Source: Candidatus Bathyarchaeota archaeon
GTDB lineage: Archaea > Thermoproteota > Bathyarchaeia > Bathyarchaeales > Bathycorpusculaceae
Assembly (NCBI GenBank): GCA_963707955.1
Contig: OY970176.1
Location: 1,152,001 to 1,216,000 of the forward strand
Direction: 5' to 3'
Length of the DNA: 64,000 bases
The notes under the pieces are model-generated. The model made no database searches, had not been told where the DNA came from, and saw nothing but the letters and a program-made list of their open reading frames with translations. Shown piece after piece: positions 18,375 through 27,201 of the stretch. Numbering within the stretch: the stretch's first letter is position 1; every line of letters starts with the position of its first letter. Made by a program: the position numbers and the translations under genes.

Positions 18375-21062
18375 ATGACACAGAAACAACTGGAAGATTT
18401 TCCGTCCAAGGAACACAGACCTTCGACTGGAAAGAAAGTTGACTCTGGGCCATTGGCAATCGGCGAACTCGGAACGAGAGAAGGGAGAAAGCGCGTCTTT
18501 CCCCCGCTTGCTCCTGAGAACTTACCATGCTCATACTTTGTCTCAGCCACCTATGACGGGAGGGCTGGCAAGGCAGTAATCAAACTCTATGAACCAATTT
18601 CGGGCCAGATCTACTTCTGGTATGACAACACAGGCCACCAACCGTACTGTCTCACAAACCTTTCGCAGTACGAGCTTGAAAAAATCAGCCGTGTAATTCA
18701 ACACCCAGGTTTCGACCGTTTTGAGATTGTGGAAAAATTTGACCCGCTGCTAGACAAGAAGGTGAAGGTCACGAAAATAGTGACCAAAGACCCGTTGGCT
18801 ATCGGCGGCCGACCTACGGGATGCATTAGAGACATAATTCCAGAGGATTTCCCAAACGTCTCGGACTCGCCGGTTGCATCGCAAGAAATCAAAGTCTGGG
18901 AGTCAACGATAAAGTACTACCAATCCTACATTTACGACCGGCAACTTCTGCCTGGAATGATGTATGAAATAAGAGACTGCAGCCTCATCCTGAAAAGGCT
19001 GGAAGAAACCGACAAGACCGTGAGTCAGATTCGAGGAACCTTCAAGGACGCCACTGATGAAGAGTTGGAATTCATCGAAGAATGGGCAAGACTGCTGGAA
19101 TACCCTGCTCCCAAGTTTCGCCGCGTGGCCCTCGACATAGAAGTGTTGGCTCCAATCCCTACGAGAGTACCTGACCCCCGGGAAGCGGCTTACCCAATTG
19201 TATGTGTTTCACTCTACAGTTCAGATGGACTGAAGAAAGTCTTGCTCCTGAAACGCGAAGGAGTCCGCGAGGGCACGGAGCACCTGTCCACGGATGTGAG
19301 GCTTGAAAGTTTTGATTCAGAGGAGAAACTACTAAGGTCTGTTCTTGACGCGGTGTGGGACTATCCTTTCGTCCTAACTTTCAACGGGGACGACTTTGAC
19401 CTGCCATATTTGTTCAACCGCGCTCTGAACCTTGGCATCAGACGAAACGAGATCCCTATAGAAGTTGGTAAAAGATCCTGCTCGCTGAGTTACGGAGTTC
19501 ACGTTGACCTGTACAAGTTTTTCTTCAACCGTTCAATTCAGATTTACGCTTTCAACAACCGTTACAAAGACGTGACGCTGAATGACATTGGAAAAGCTCT
19601 GATCGGACTTGAAAAAGTGCCACTTGACAAGACTCTAGGCGAGTTAACTTACACAAAGCTTGCTGAGTATTGCCTCAGAGACTCTGAAATCACTTTCAGG
19701 CTTACAAGTTTTGAAGACGAACTCGTCATGAAGCTGATCCTAGTTCTTGCAAGAATCAGCAGCATGCCAATGGAAGACGTGAGTCGACAAGGCGTCTCTC
19801 GTTGGATAAGAAACTTTCTGCAGCGAGAGCACCGCAGGAGGAACATGCTCATCCCGAGTCCCAACGACATACTGGCAACGAAGGGCAAAACCGCAACGAA
19901 AGCAATCATAAAGGGCAAGAAGTACAAGGGAGCAATAGTCGTCGAGCCTGTGCCAGGAGTGTACTTCAACGTTGCTGTCATGGATTTTCCAAGCCTGTAT
20001 CCATCAATCATCAAGGTGTGGAACCTAGGTTACCAGTCCATATTGTGTCCGCATCCGGAATGCCGCGGCAACGTCGTTCCAGGTACGCCACACTGGGTTT
20101 GTATTAAGAAACGAGCTTTAGAGAGCCTGTTGATCGGTTCGTTGAGAGATTTGCGTGTGCAGTGGTACAAGCCTAAGGCGAAAGACAAGTACCTCAGCGC
20201 AGATTTGAGAAGCTGGTACAACATCACTCAGGGAGCTCTTAAAGTCATCCTGAACGCGAGCTACGGAGTCTTCGGAGCTGAAAGCTTTGACCTCTACTGC
20301 CCACCGGTGGCTGAGGCAACAGCGGCCATCGGAAGACACTCAATAACACAGATACTCAACAAAGCAGAACAGCTGAGCATCCAAGTGCTCTATGGAGACA
20401 CGGACAGCCTCTTTCTGAAAAACCCTTCAAAACAGCAAACTGAAGAACTGGCACGCTGGACAGAACACGAGCTTAAAATGAGCTTGGATGTTGACAAGGT
20501 TTACAGGTACGCCGTTTTCAGCTCTCGCAAAAAGAACTATCTCGGAGTCTTTGAAGATGGGACGGTTGACGTCAAGGGGTTGACTGGCAAGAAGAAACAC
20601 ATTCCAATTCTCATCAAGAAAGCCTTCGACAAAATGAAGGACCGCCTCGCACGGGTCAAGACTCCGACAGATTTTGAAAGAGCAAAGAAGAACATCTGCG
20701 AAATTGTCCGCGAATGCTACATACAATTGAAGAGGCGAGAATGGGAGAACCTCAACGAACTAGCGTTCAACGTGGTCCTAGGCGAAGAAATCGGGCACTA
20801 CACAAAGACAACTCCTCAACACGTCAAAGCCGCAAAGATTCTACAGGAGAATGGAGCTGAGCTGAAAGCCGGGGACCTCATAAGTTTCGTTAAAACGACT
20901 AGGGAACCGCACGTGAAACCAGTTGGGTTGGCGACTAAAAACGAGGTTGATGTTGACAAGTACGTAGCCTACTTGCATTCGACGTTTGACCAAGTCCTAG
21001 ATGCGTTGGGTCTTGACTTTGACGAAATAATAGGACTGACGAAACTGGAGAGATTCATGTAA
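18375..21062 (+). CDS. polB: Family B DNA polymerase (PolB1 type)
   Basis: DIE ExoI, FNGDDFD ExoII, YCLRD ExoIII, DFPSLYPS, KVILNASYG, YGDTDS, KKNY; N-terminal YDG..KA.IKLY..WYDNTGH.PY typical of TACK PolB1. Confidence 0.95.
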   Translation: MTQKQLEDFPSKEHRPSTGKKVDSGPLAIGELGTREGRKRVFPPLAPENLPCSYFVSATYDGRAGKAVIKLYEPISGQIYFWYDNTGHQPYCLTNLSQYELEKISRVIQHPGFDRFEIVEKFDPLLDKKVKVTKIVTKDPLAIGGRPTGCIRDIIPEDFPNVSDSPVASQEIKVWESTIKYYQSYIYDRQLLPGMMYEIRDCSLILKRLEETDKTVSQIRGTFKDATDEELEFIEEWARLLEYPAPKFRRVALDIEVLAPIPTRVPDPREAAYPIVCVSLYSSDGLKKVLLLKREGVREGTEHLSTDVRLESFDSEEKLLRSVLDAVWDYPFVLTFNGDDFDLPYLFNRALNLGIRRNEIPIEVGKRSCSLSYGVHVDLYKFFFNRSIQIYAFNNRYKDVTLNDIGKALIGLEKVPLDKTLGELTYTKLAEYCLRDSEITFRLTSFEDELVMKLILVLARISSMPMEDVSRQGVSRWIRNFLQREHRRRNMLIPSPNDILATKGKTATKAIIKGKKYKGAIVVEPVPGVYFNVAVMDFPSLYPSIIKVWNLGYQSILCPHPECRGNVVPGTPHWVCIKKRALESLLIGSLRDLRVQWYKPKAKDKYLSADLRSWYNITQGALKVILNASYGVFGAESFDLYCPPVAEATAAIGRHSITQILNKAEQLSIQVLYGDTDSLFLKNPSKQQTEELARWTEHELKMSLDVDKVYRYAVFSSRKKNYLGVFEDGTVDVKGLTGKKKHIPILIKKAFDKMKDRLARVKTPTDFERAKKNICEIVRECYIQLKRREWENLNELAFNVVLGEEIGHYTKTTPQHVKAAKILQENGAELKAGDLISFVKTTREPHVKPVGLATKNEVDVDKYVAYLHSTFDQVLDALGLDFDEIIGLTKLERFM

Positions 21063-21075
21063 GGCTTTGCAGTCG

Positions 21076-21630
21076 TTAATTCTCTGAAAGCGTTTTCAAC
21101 CCATGTGATCTTAGGGGTTCAATGATGCTGGGTCTGCTCAGTATTCGCAGAACCGCGTAACCTATGACTGCGATAGCTACTAGACTGCTGACCAAAAGGC
21201 TGATCAGCGTCGTGATCCAAGCTGGCAAGAACGCGAGCTCTGCAGGTTGATAAGGATAGTATATCCACAGATACCCGCCGCCAACGATGATTCCTATGGG
21301 CAAAGCACCTGCGATGCACGCTAGCAACTTATGCTTCTTCAGTAACAATACGAGGCTTGCCGCCACAAGATTGGCTAGGGAACCGAAGACTACGTCAATG
21401 AATCCTATGGGTCCGAAAACATTAACAACAGCGCATCCGGCAGTGACTCCGATAACGACAGGCCATCCTAACAAAGCAGTCAATGCAATCAGAAAGTCTG
21501 AAAGGCGCAATTGTATAGGTCCGTAGATTGAAGGGTTTCCGAAAGGAGAAAACGATTGCGCCACGTTGATCGTGGCGTATAATGCTGCAAAAACGGCTGT
21601 CAACGCCACATCTCTAGTGTCAAATCTTAT
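21076..21630 (-). CDS. queT: QueT-family (queuosine precursor, ECF S-component-like) transporter
   Basis: ALTAVFAALY, SIYGPIQLRLSD.L..L, GVTAGC..N.FG..G..DVVFG.LAN. The strong SD GGAGGTGA (21642-21635) points to an ATA start at 21630; the track start GTG 21681 lies in the leader. Confidence 0.82.
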   Translation of the reverse strand: MRFDTRDVALTAVFAALYATINVAQSFSPFGNPSIYGPIQLRLSDFLIALTALLGWPVVIGVTAGCAVVNVFGPIGFIDVVFGSLANLVAASLVLLLKKHKLLACIAGALPIGIIVGGGYLWIYYPYQPAELAFLPAWITTLISLLVSSLVAIAVIGYAVLRILSRPSIIEPLRSHGLKTLSEN

Positions 21631-21697
21631 CCTTTCACCTCCTGCGCCGGGATTTCTATGGCGGAACGGGTGGAGGCCCACTCACCCGCCTAGCACC
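21631..21697 (-). promoter_or_regulatory. Structured 5' leader of queT, candidate translational riboswitch
   Basis: TATA-like TTTAATAA at 21723-21716; stem GGCGGGUG/CACCCGUU whose loop carries anti-SD GCCUC(C); hairpin CGCC/GGCG; then CA-GGAGGUGA. Confidence 0.5.
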
Positions 21698-21985
21698 TAA
21701 GAAGACGACAGATGTTTATTAAATATTACTGAGACTCGCATACTAGTATTCATCGCACGAGCGTTCAGGATAGAAAATCGGGCGCGAGGCCATCGAGAAG
21801 ACTTCACAAGTAGTCGCCGCGCGCGAAGATCGCATCAAAGTATTTGCTGCAGAAAAAGCCGAGAGGGTAGACGTGTTAGACGAGTAAAAACGCGAAACAG
21901 GGAATGTTAACGGATCGATGGAGAAACGCGTAGCAAGAAGTAGCTGTGGGGCATCAATAAGCGCCGTAAAAACACGTTTCAAACA

Positions 21986-22858
21986 CTATTTCGACATTAA
22001 CAATCTGAGAACGAGAGCAACAGAAGTTGAGGTTGCGACTATAAGCGAGATCAGCAACACCACCTGCCGCTCGGTCAAGGAACGATGAAACGTGAGAAGG
22101 GTGATCAAACTCCGCCTGTGATCTGAGGACAGTTTTTTACCATCAAAAGAGACAGCTGCCTTGGCTCTATAGATGAAGAAGGTTAGCAATATCAACGCAG
22201 AATTGAAGATATAGGGCAGAACAGACACTACCATGTCCAGCTTCAAATCTGATATGATCCCGAAAGAAGCCAACGTCATCCCTATGGTGAAAGATCCCGT
22301 GTTGCCAACAAAGATCTTCCCCTCAAAGTTTAGGGCAGCAAGGATAAGCCACGCGGCCAGAGGTCCATAAAGCAACACTCCATTTGACCCTGACATAGCC
22401 ATCAACCCCATCATAATTATCGCCGGACAGACCGTTTCCAAACCGTTCAACCCGCCCAGCTGATTCACCGTATTCGTCACTATAGTGACAAGCACCGGAA
22501 CTATCACAAGGTAGTACCAGACACCGAAGTTGATCGTACCCAACAACGGAATTGCCATATACGTGCGAATATGTATATTATACGCGAACGCGGCAAGAGG
22601 CATTGCAGCAACCAGAGGAAGAAACGCTTTGAAACGCCACTTGAGATCTATCCAGTCATCAAGCAACCCCATGAAGCCACCGAACAACACGCACACGGCC
22701 AGCGTCAAGGGCGGAGAAACCCCGTTTGAGACTTTGACGATGTTTAAAGAGTACAGGAGAAACAAGTACACAACGCTGATCAGAACGTAGAAGATACCGA
22801 GGCCGTTAGGAACCAAAGGCTTGTTTGGTTTGTGCAGGTCAGGAGCCCTAGGAAACAA
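21986..22858 (-). CDS. aglH: UDP-GlcNAc:dolichyl-phosphate GlcNAc-1-P transferase (AglH/DPAGT1/MraY family)
   Basis: DLHKP..P.VP..G, GLLDD, NTVNQLGGLNGLE, KIFVGNTG; directly downstream of aglB. Confidence 0.82.
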   Translation of the reverse strand: MFPRAPDLHKPNKPLVPNGLGIFYVLISVVYLFLLYSLNIVKVSNGVSPPLTLAVCVLFGGFMGLLDDWIDLKWRFKAFLPLVAAMPLAAFAYNIHIRTYMAIPLLGTINFGVWYYLVIVPVLVTIVTNTVNQLGGLNGLETVCPAIIMMGLMAMSGSNGVLLYGPLAAWLILAALNFEGKIFVGNTGSFTIGMTLASFGIISDLKLDMVVSVLPYIFNSALILLTFFIYRAKAAVSFDGKKLSSDHRRSLITLLTFHRSLTERQVVLLISLIVATSTSVALVLRLLMSK

Positions 22859-22870
22859 GGACGTTCCTCT

Positions 22871-25156
22871 TTAAGCATTCGGATAATCCTGGTAATATTT
22901 TTGCCAGTCGATCTTGTAGAGACACACAAGTGGAACAATTCCGCCGTAGTTGCTCTGTGACTCACTGGGCGTCAACGTCTCCCCTGAGAAGAACTCTTCC
23001 TGGAAGTATATGGGCCCATTGGTGCCACCCATGGACGCGGTAACGTTGTCCTGGTCGGGGTCCGTAACGCCGTTGGTGGTACACCAAACGTTTTTGCCCC
23101 AAGCCATAAGCTTATAAATTGTGGTTTGTAACCCAACATCGTTCCACACCCATGCGTTGGTCGTGTTGCTAACTGAACCGAAGGTAGTCTCATTCTGCCA
23201 AGAAGATGCCTTGTCTATAAAGCCGCTGTCTATCAATCGCTGCATTCCGGCTCCGGAGATCTCTGCCATCCAAGTCCATTTTCCGTTGTCGCCGCCCGCC
23301 CAGTTAACCCAGTTTCCATAATAGTCAAAAGTATCAAACACGAGTATGTATTCCGCTCCGTACTGCTTCAACATATTCATCGAATAAGTCTCGTTTGCCA
23401 TAAAAGTGAAACCAACATTTTCTATTTGTGTTTCGTTAATCGTGGCGTTGTCTGAAAGCGTGGTGACATTTCCTAGAATGCTCAGCCAGTATCCATAGTC
23501 CCACCAACTAACGACAATTGTAGAAGAGTTTTGGAAATCATTCAAGTATTTCAGCATGTCAAACCACTCTGTCACAGGCTGATTGGGGCTTATTGACATA
23601 CTGCCTCCGGTGATCGTAAGTGGCTGGTAAGCTTGGCTGTAGACTGTCGGCACACCACCAGATTGCGGCGAAAATGCCAAGTTTGTCACCAAAACTAAGA
23701 ATATTAGGAAAATGGCAACCCCGCTGAACTCTTTTCCTACATGTTCCAAGGCTTTCCTCGTTCCAGTCAATCTCGGCGGTTCCTTCAACAGTGTCACGAA
23801 CGGTTTGGACAGACCCACTATTCCGATAGCTGCCACAAGAGCGAACGCCGGGGCCAAAATGACCATTACACGCACCATGGACGCAGCAAAGTAGACAGAG
23901 CTTAAAGCAAAGAGTAACATGAAAAGATTCTTCGTCGTGAGGTTTCTTGCAATAAAGAATAGACCAACGACGAAGAAGAGTATCGCAATGCCAACGTCGT
24001 AGTAAATTGAAGCCCAAGTAGAAATCCTCTGTTCAGCCACAGACTCTATAAGCGGGTTAACTCCCCGCACGAGTGGATCTATAACAACCAAGAACTTTGC
24101 CCCTATGGCTCCTAAGAAGCCAGCCAGCGTGAGCACGATGAAGCTGCCGATTATCCCGGCCACGAACACTACGACAAACATGAACTTTTCCCTAGCAGAA
24201 ATCAAATTGCTCACGATCTCATTCAGGCAAAGAAGACCAAAGACTCCTGTAGCAGGTAGGACGGCTGTGGAAACTAGGAAACTGGGTCCGACTTCAGTTC
24301 GGGTGCTTATGGCTAGGAGCAAGCCCGGGCCAAAGGTCAAACCGTACACTAGGAAAAGACGTCGCGAGTATCTTTTGAGCAGAAGTAGAACGAAAACGAA
24401 GAGGGCGGCCAGGTCAATCATGTAGTATGATGCGCCCCATCCGAGAATGAAGTACGTTAAGACAGCAGCCGACCCAAGCGAGTAGACAACCGTTGAATTG
24501 ATCGGCCTTTCTTCTTCAACGGCTCTGAGGAAAAAAAGACAGAAAGCCGGAATTGCAAAGATGCCAACGTTTTCGGTCGTAAAGAAGCCGAACGTAATCT
24601 TCGTGATAACGGTTGGGCTTATCGCCAAGATGAGTGCTGCAAGCAAGCCGACAGGCTTTCCCCCTAAGTCTTTTCCGAGGAAGTAGAGCAGAAAGACGCC
24701 AAGCGCAGCCATTAATGGAGGGATAAACGCAAGAAAGGTCATCAAGTCAACGTTGAAGCCCAGGAACCTAACGATGTCGTAGGAAAGAGCTCCAACAAAT
24801 ACCAATGCTGGATAGGAGCCCCCCAAGTCTATTCCGCCTGGGTACCATTCCTGCGTGTCAACCCAATGCGTAGGCCAAAAGGGTGACAGCAAGCCTTGCT
24901 GTGTCATTCGTTGCACCAGATTGTACTGGTAGTACGGGTCAAATTCATTAAGATGGATTGCGCCCACCTGTATCTCCCAGCGCAGTGGCAGTATGCGTAT
25001 GGTGAATGCCAAGAAAACGCAGAGCACCAAGGCTGAAACCGTAAGGACTGAACTGTGGTTCACTTTGGGTCTTAGTTTTCCCAGACTCTTTATGCCGTTG
25101 ACAAAACTTTCCTTGGATAGGACGCTGCGGAGCTTCACTTTAGGTTCATCTCTCAC
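22871..25156 (-). CDS. aglB: Oligosaccharyltransferase AglB/STT3
   Basis: LNEFDPYY, WYPGG, ESVAEQ, SWWDYGYW, DNATIN, DK motif DNGKWTWM. Confidence 0.95.
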   Translation of the reverse strand: MRDEPKVKLRSVLSKESFVNGIKSLGKLRPKVNHSSVLTVSALVLCVFLAFTIRILPLRWEIQVGAIHLNEFDPYYQYNLVQRMTQQGLLSPFWPTHWVDTQEWYPGGIDLGGSYPALVFVGALSYDIVRFLGFNVDLMTFLAFIPPLMAALGVFLLYFLGKDLGGKPVGLLAALILAISPTVITKITFGFFTTENVGIFAIPAFCLFFLRAVEEERPINSTVVYSLGSAAVLTYFILGWGASYYMIDLAALFVFVLLLLKRYSRRLFLVYGLTFGPGLLLAISTRTEVGPSFLVSTAVLPATGVFGLLCLNEIVSNLISAREKFMFVVVFVAGIIGSFIVLTLAGFLGAIGAKFLVVIDPLVRGVNPLIESVAEQRISTWASIYYDVGIAILFFVVGLFFIARNLTTKNLFMLLFALSSVYFAASMVRVMVILAPAFALVAAIGIVGLSKPFVTLLKEPPRLTGTRKALEHVGKEFSGVAIFLIFLVLVTNLAFSPQSGGVPTVYSQAYQPLTITGGSMSISPNQPVTEWFDMLKYLNDFQNSSTIVVSWWDYGYWLSILGNVTTLSDNATINETQIENVGFTFMANETYSMNMLKQYGAEYILVFDTFDYYGNWVNWAGGDNGKWTWMAEISGAGMQRLIDSGFIDKASSWQNETTFGSVSNTTNAWVWNDVGLQTTIYKLMAWGKNVWCTTNGVTDPDQDNVTASMGGTNGPIYFQEEFFSGETLTPSESQSNYGGIVPLVCLYKIDWQKYYQDYPNA

Positions 25157-25271
25157 ACAGTTCTTTGAGGTGCTTTATTTTCCTTGCGGTTAGATGACGT
25201 CTAGGAAGTGTTGACAAGAGAAACGCCGTTCATATATACCTTTCCGAATTTCAAACAAACTCAAAAAGACA

Positions 25272-26420
25272 TTACGCTCGTTCAATTTTCCGCTTGTAAC
25301 CATATTTTTCAGGGTCGTAGAGCGGAAATGCTTTTACCTTGCCCTTTGTCATCCTGCTGCGTATGTTTACTTTTACCAGTTCACCATCTTGGGCATTTGA
25401 TGTTTGGACGTATCCCATACCTACGCCGCACTTGAGAAGTGGCGAAAAAGTACCACTCGTAATCTGACCAATCTTTTCCCCAGTGGCTGAGTGAATTTCG
25501 AAACCAGGTCTAGGTATTCCTTGATCTGTCATTTCAATCCCAACACGTTTTCTTTTCCATCCTTCAGTTTTCTGTTTAAGCAACGCTTCTTTTCCAATGA
25601 ACTCCCCCTTCTGCAGCTTCACGACAAAGCTTAGCCCTGCCTCTAGGGGCATTGTGTTCTCGTCGATGTCATTTCCGTAGAGGCACAGGCCAGCTTCAAG
25701 TCGGAGTGTGTCTCTGGCTCCTAAGCCGCAGGGTTCTATTCCGAAGTTCTTGCCGGCTTCAAGAATGGCATTCCACACTTTCACTGCCAAGTCCGGCTTC
25801 TCCAGTGATGTGTTCCATACGAAGACTTCGAAACCGTCTTCGCCAGTGTAGCCTGTTCGAGAAACAAAAACGTCTGTGTCTGCCAGACGCGAATGACCAC
25901 ACTTAAACCTTCCAATTTTGCTCAAGTCCTCACTGGAGATTTTCTGGAGTGTTTTCTCCGCGTTCGGACCTTGAACTGCAAACATGGCCACGTTGCCAGA
26001 TAAGTCCTCGATCCTCACGGTAAAGCCCTTCGCATTCTTGGTAAACCAGTCGTAATCTTTCTCACGGTTGCTCGCATTGAAAACTACTAGGAACTTTTCC
26101 ATTTCCAGCCGGTACATGACAAAGTCGTCTACTATGCCGCCCGTTTGAGTGCACATGACCGAATACTGGGCACTGTTCGGTGCGAGGGTGGAGACATCGT
26201 TCGTTATCACGTAGTTCAGAAAACGCTCTGAATCAGAGCCCGTGACGATCACGCGCCCCATGTGGCTGATGTCAAAAATGCCGACGCTGTTGCGCACAGC
26301 CATGTGTTCAGGTGCTATGTCTTTGTAGTAAACTGGCATTTCAAAGCCTGCGAAGACTATCAGTTTGGCTGTTTTCAGGTGCACCTGGTACAGTTGTGTT
26401 CTGCGGGTTGTTTCGTTCAA
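25272..26420 (-). CDS. gcvT: Glycine cleavage system T protein (aminomethyltransferase)
   Basis: FAGFEMP, GIFDISHMG, SRTGYTGEDGFE, GLGARDTLRLEAG.LYG. Confidence 0.95.
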   Translation of the reverse strand: MNETTRRTQLYQVHLKTAKLIVFAGFEMPVYYKDIAPEHMAVRNSVGIFDISHMGRVIVTGSDSERFLNYVITNDVSTLAPNSAQYSVMCTQTGGIVDDFVMYRLEMEKFLVVFNASNREKDYDWFTKNAKGFTVRIEDLSGNVAMFAVQGPNAEKTLQKISSEDLSKIGRFKCGHSRLADTDVFVSRTGYTGEDGFEVFVWNTSLEKPDLAVKVWNAILEAGKNFGIEPCGLGARDTLRLEAGLCLYGNDIDENTMPLEAGLSFVVKLQKGEFIGKEALLKQKTEGWKRKRVGIEMTDQGIPRPGFEIHSATGEKIGQITSGTFSPLLKCGVGMGYVQTSNAQDGELVKVNIRSRMTKGKVKAFPLYDPEKYGYKRKIERA

Positions 26421-26440
26421 GCTTCTGTCCTCTTTGAAAA

Positions 26441-26605
26441 CTACTTGTAAGGCTTCACGTCCACGTCAATGGGTATGAGGGAGAGCTTCTTCCCGCACTT
26501 TGGGCATTTTCCCTCGAGCTCGTGCAATATTTCATCGGGAGGTCGCAGTTCGGCACCTTCATACAATACGTGACCGCATCCAACACAAGCAACTCGTTGA
26601 GGCAT
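26441..26605 (-). CDS. 54-aa zinc-ribbon protein
   Basis: MPQRVACVGCGHVLYEGAELRPPDEILHELEGKCPKCGKKLSLIPIDVDVKPYK; two CxxC pairs, SD AAGGAG upstream; below the ORF-track size cut-off. Confidence 0.8.
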   Translation of the reverse strand: MPQRVACVGCGHVLYEGAELRPPDEILHELEGKCPKCGKKLSLIPIDVDVKPYK

Positions 26606-27201
26606 GATAGCTGTGCTCCTTGTTGTGACAAAAGAACTAAATGGCCATGACGTATTTATCGGTTGCTAGGCAAGAAAACTGTGAACTGTTTTAAGAAGGA
26701 TGAAAACGCGCCAGCCCGCTGGCCACTGAATGTGATCCCATCCAATATCAGCATGGGCAGTCCAGGATGCCTGACTCTGTATAGCACGCATGCTGCCTGT
26801 ACTCGCATTCTCACCAATCCATTTTGCCTTCCCACCTCCACCTAGGCTTTTTCTGCAGCTAGCACTGGCGACACGGCCTCAAGGCGATAATGGTGGAGTC
26901 TTTTCGTTAGTTGAGTTGCCATAACCATCGAGGTCGAACCGTGTGCTACTTTGCCATCTTCATTAGTTTCCTGCAACAGACGAGGAAGCTCGAAGCGTCC
27001 AAACTTTGACCTTGTTAATGCATGTTTCACGGAGACAAGACCCACGCAATTTCGTTATTTTTCAGCCTTCTTCACTCGTGCCAGTCTCCGAAAAAGACGC
27101 CATTGAATAATGAAGCCGCCAGCGCAGGCAAAATCTTAATCTCCCCTCAACCCTTACTTCAAACAAGACGCTGTAAGAAACATCAGCAGCTGGCACTGTG
27201 A

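Noticed and set aside
18375-21062. Intein, or mobile/casposon-type PolB
   Set aside because: Length and motifs match an uninterrupted cellular PolB1; no cas1 or terminal inverted repeats nearby.
21743-21982. 79-aa ORF between aglH and queT
   Set aside because: No motif and atypical composition; probably non-coding.
26690-26775. C/D box sRNA (GGATGA...CTGA...TGTGA...CTGA)
   Set aside because: Boxes are degenerate and guide spacing is too long for an archaeal C/D sRNA.
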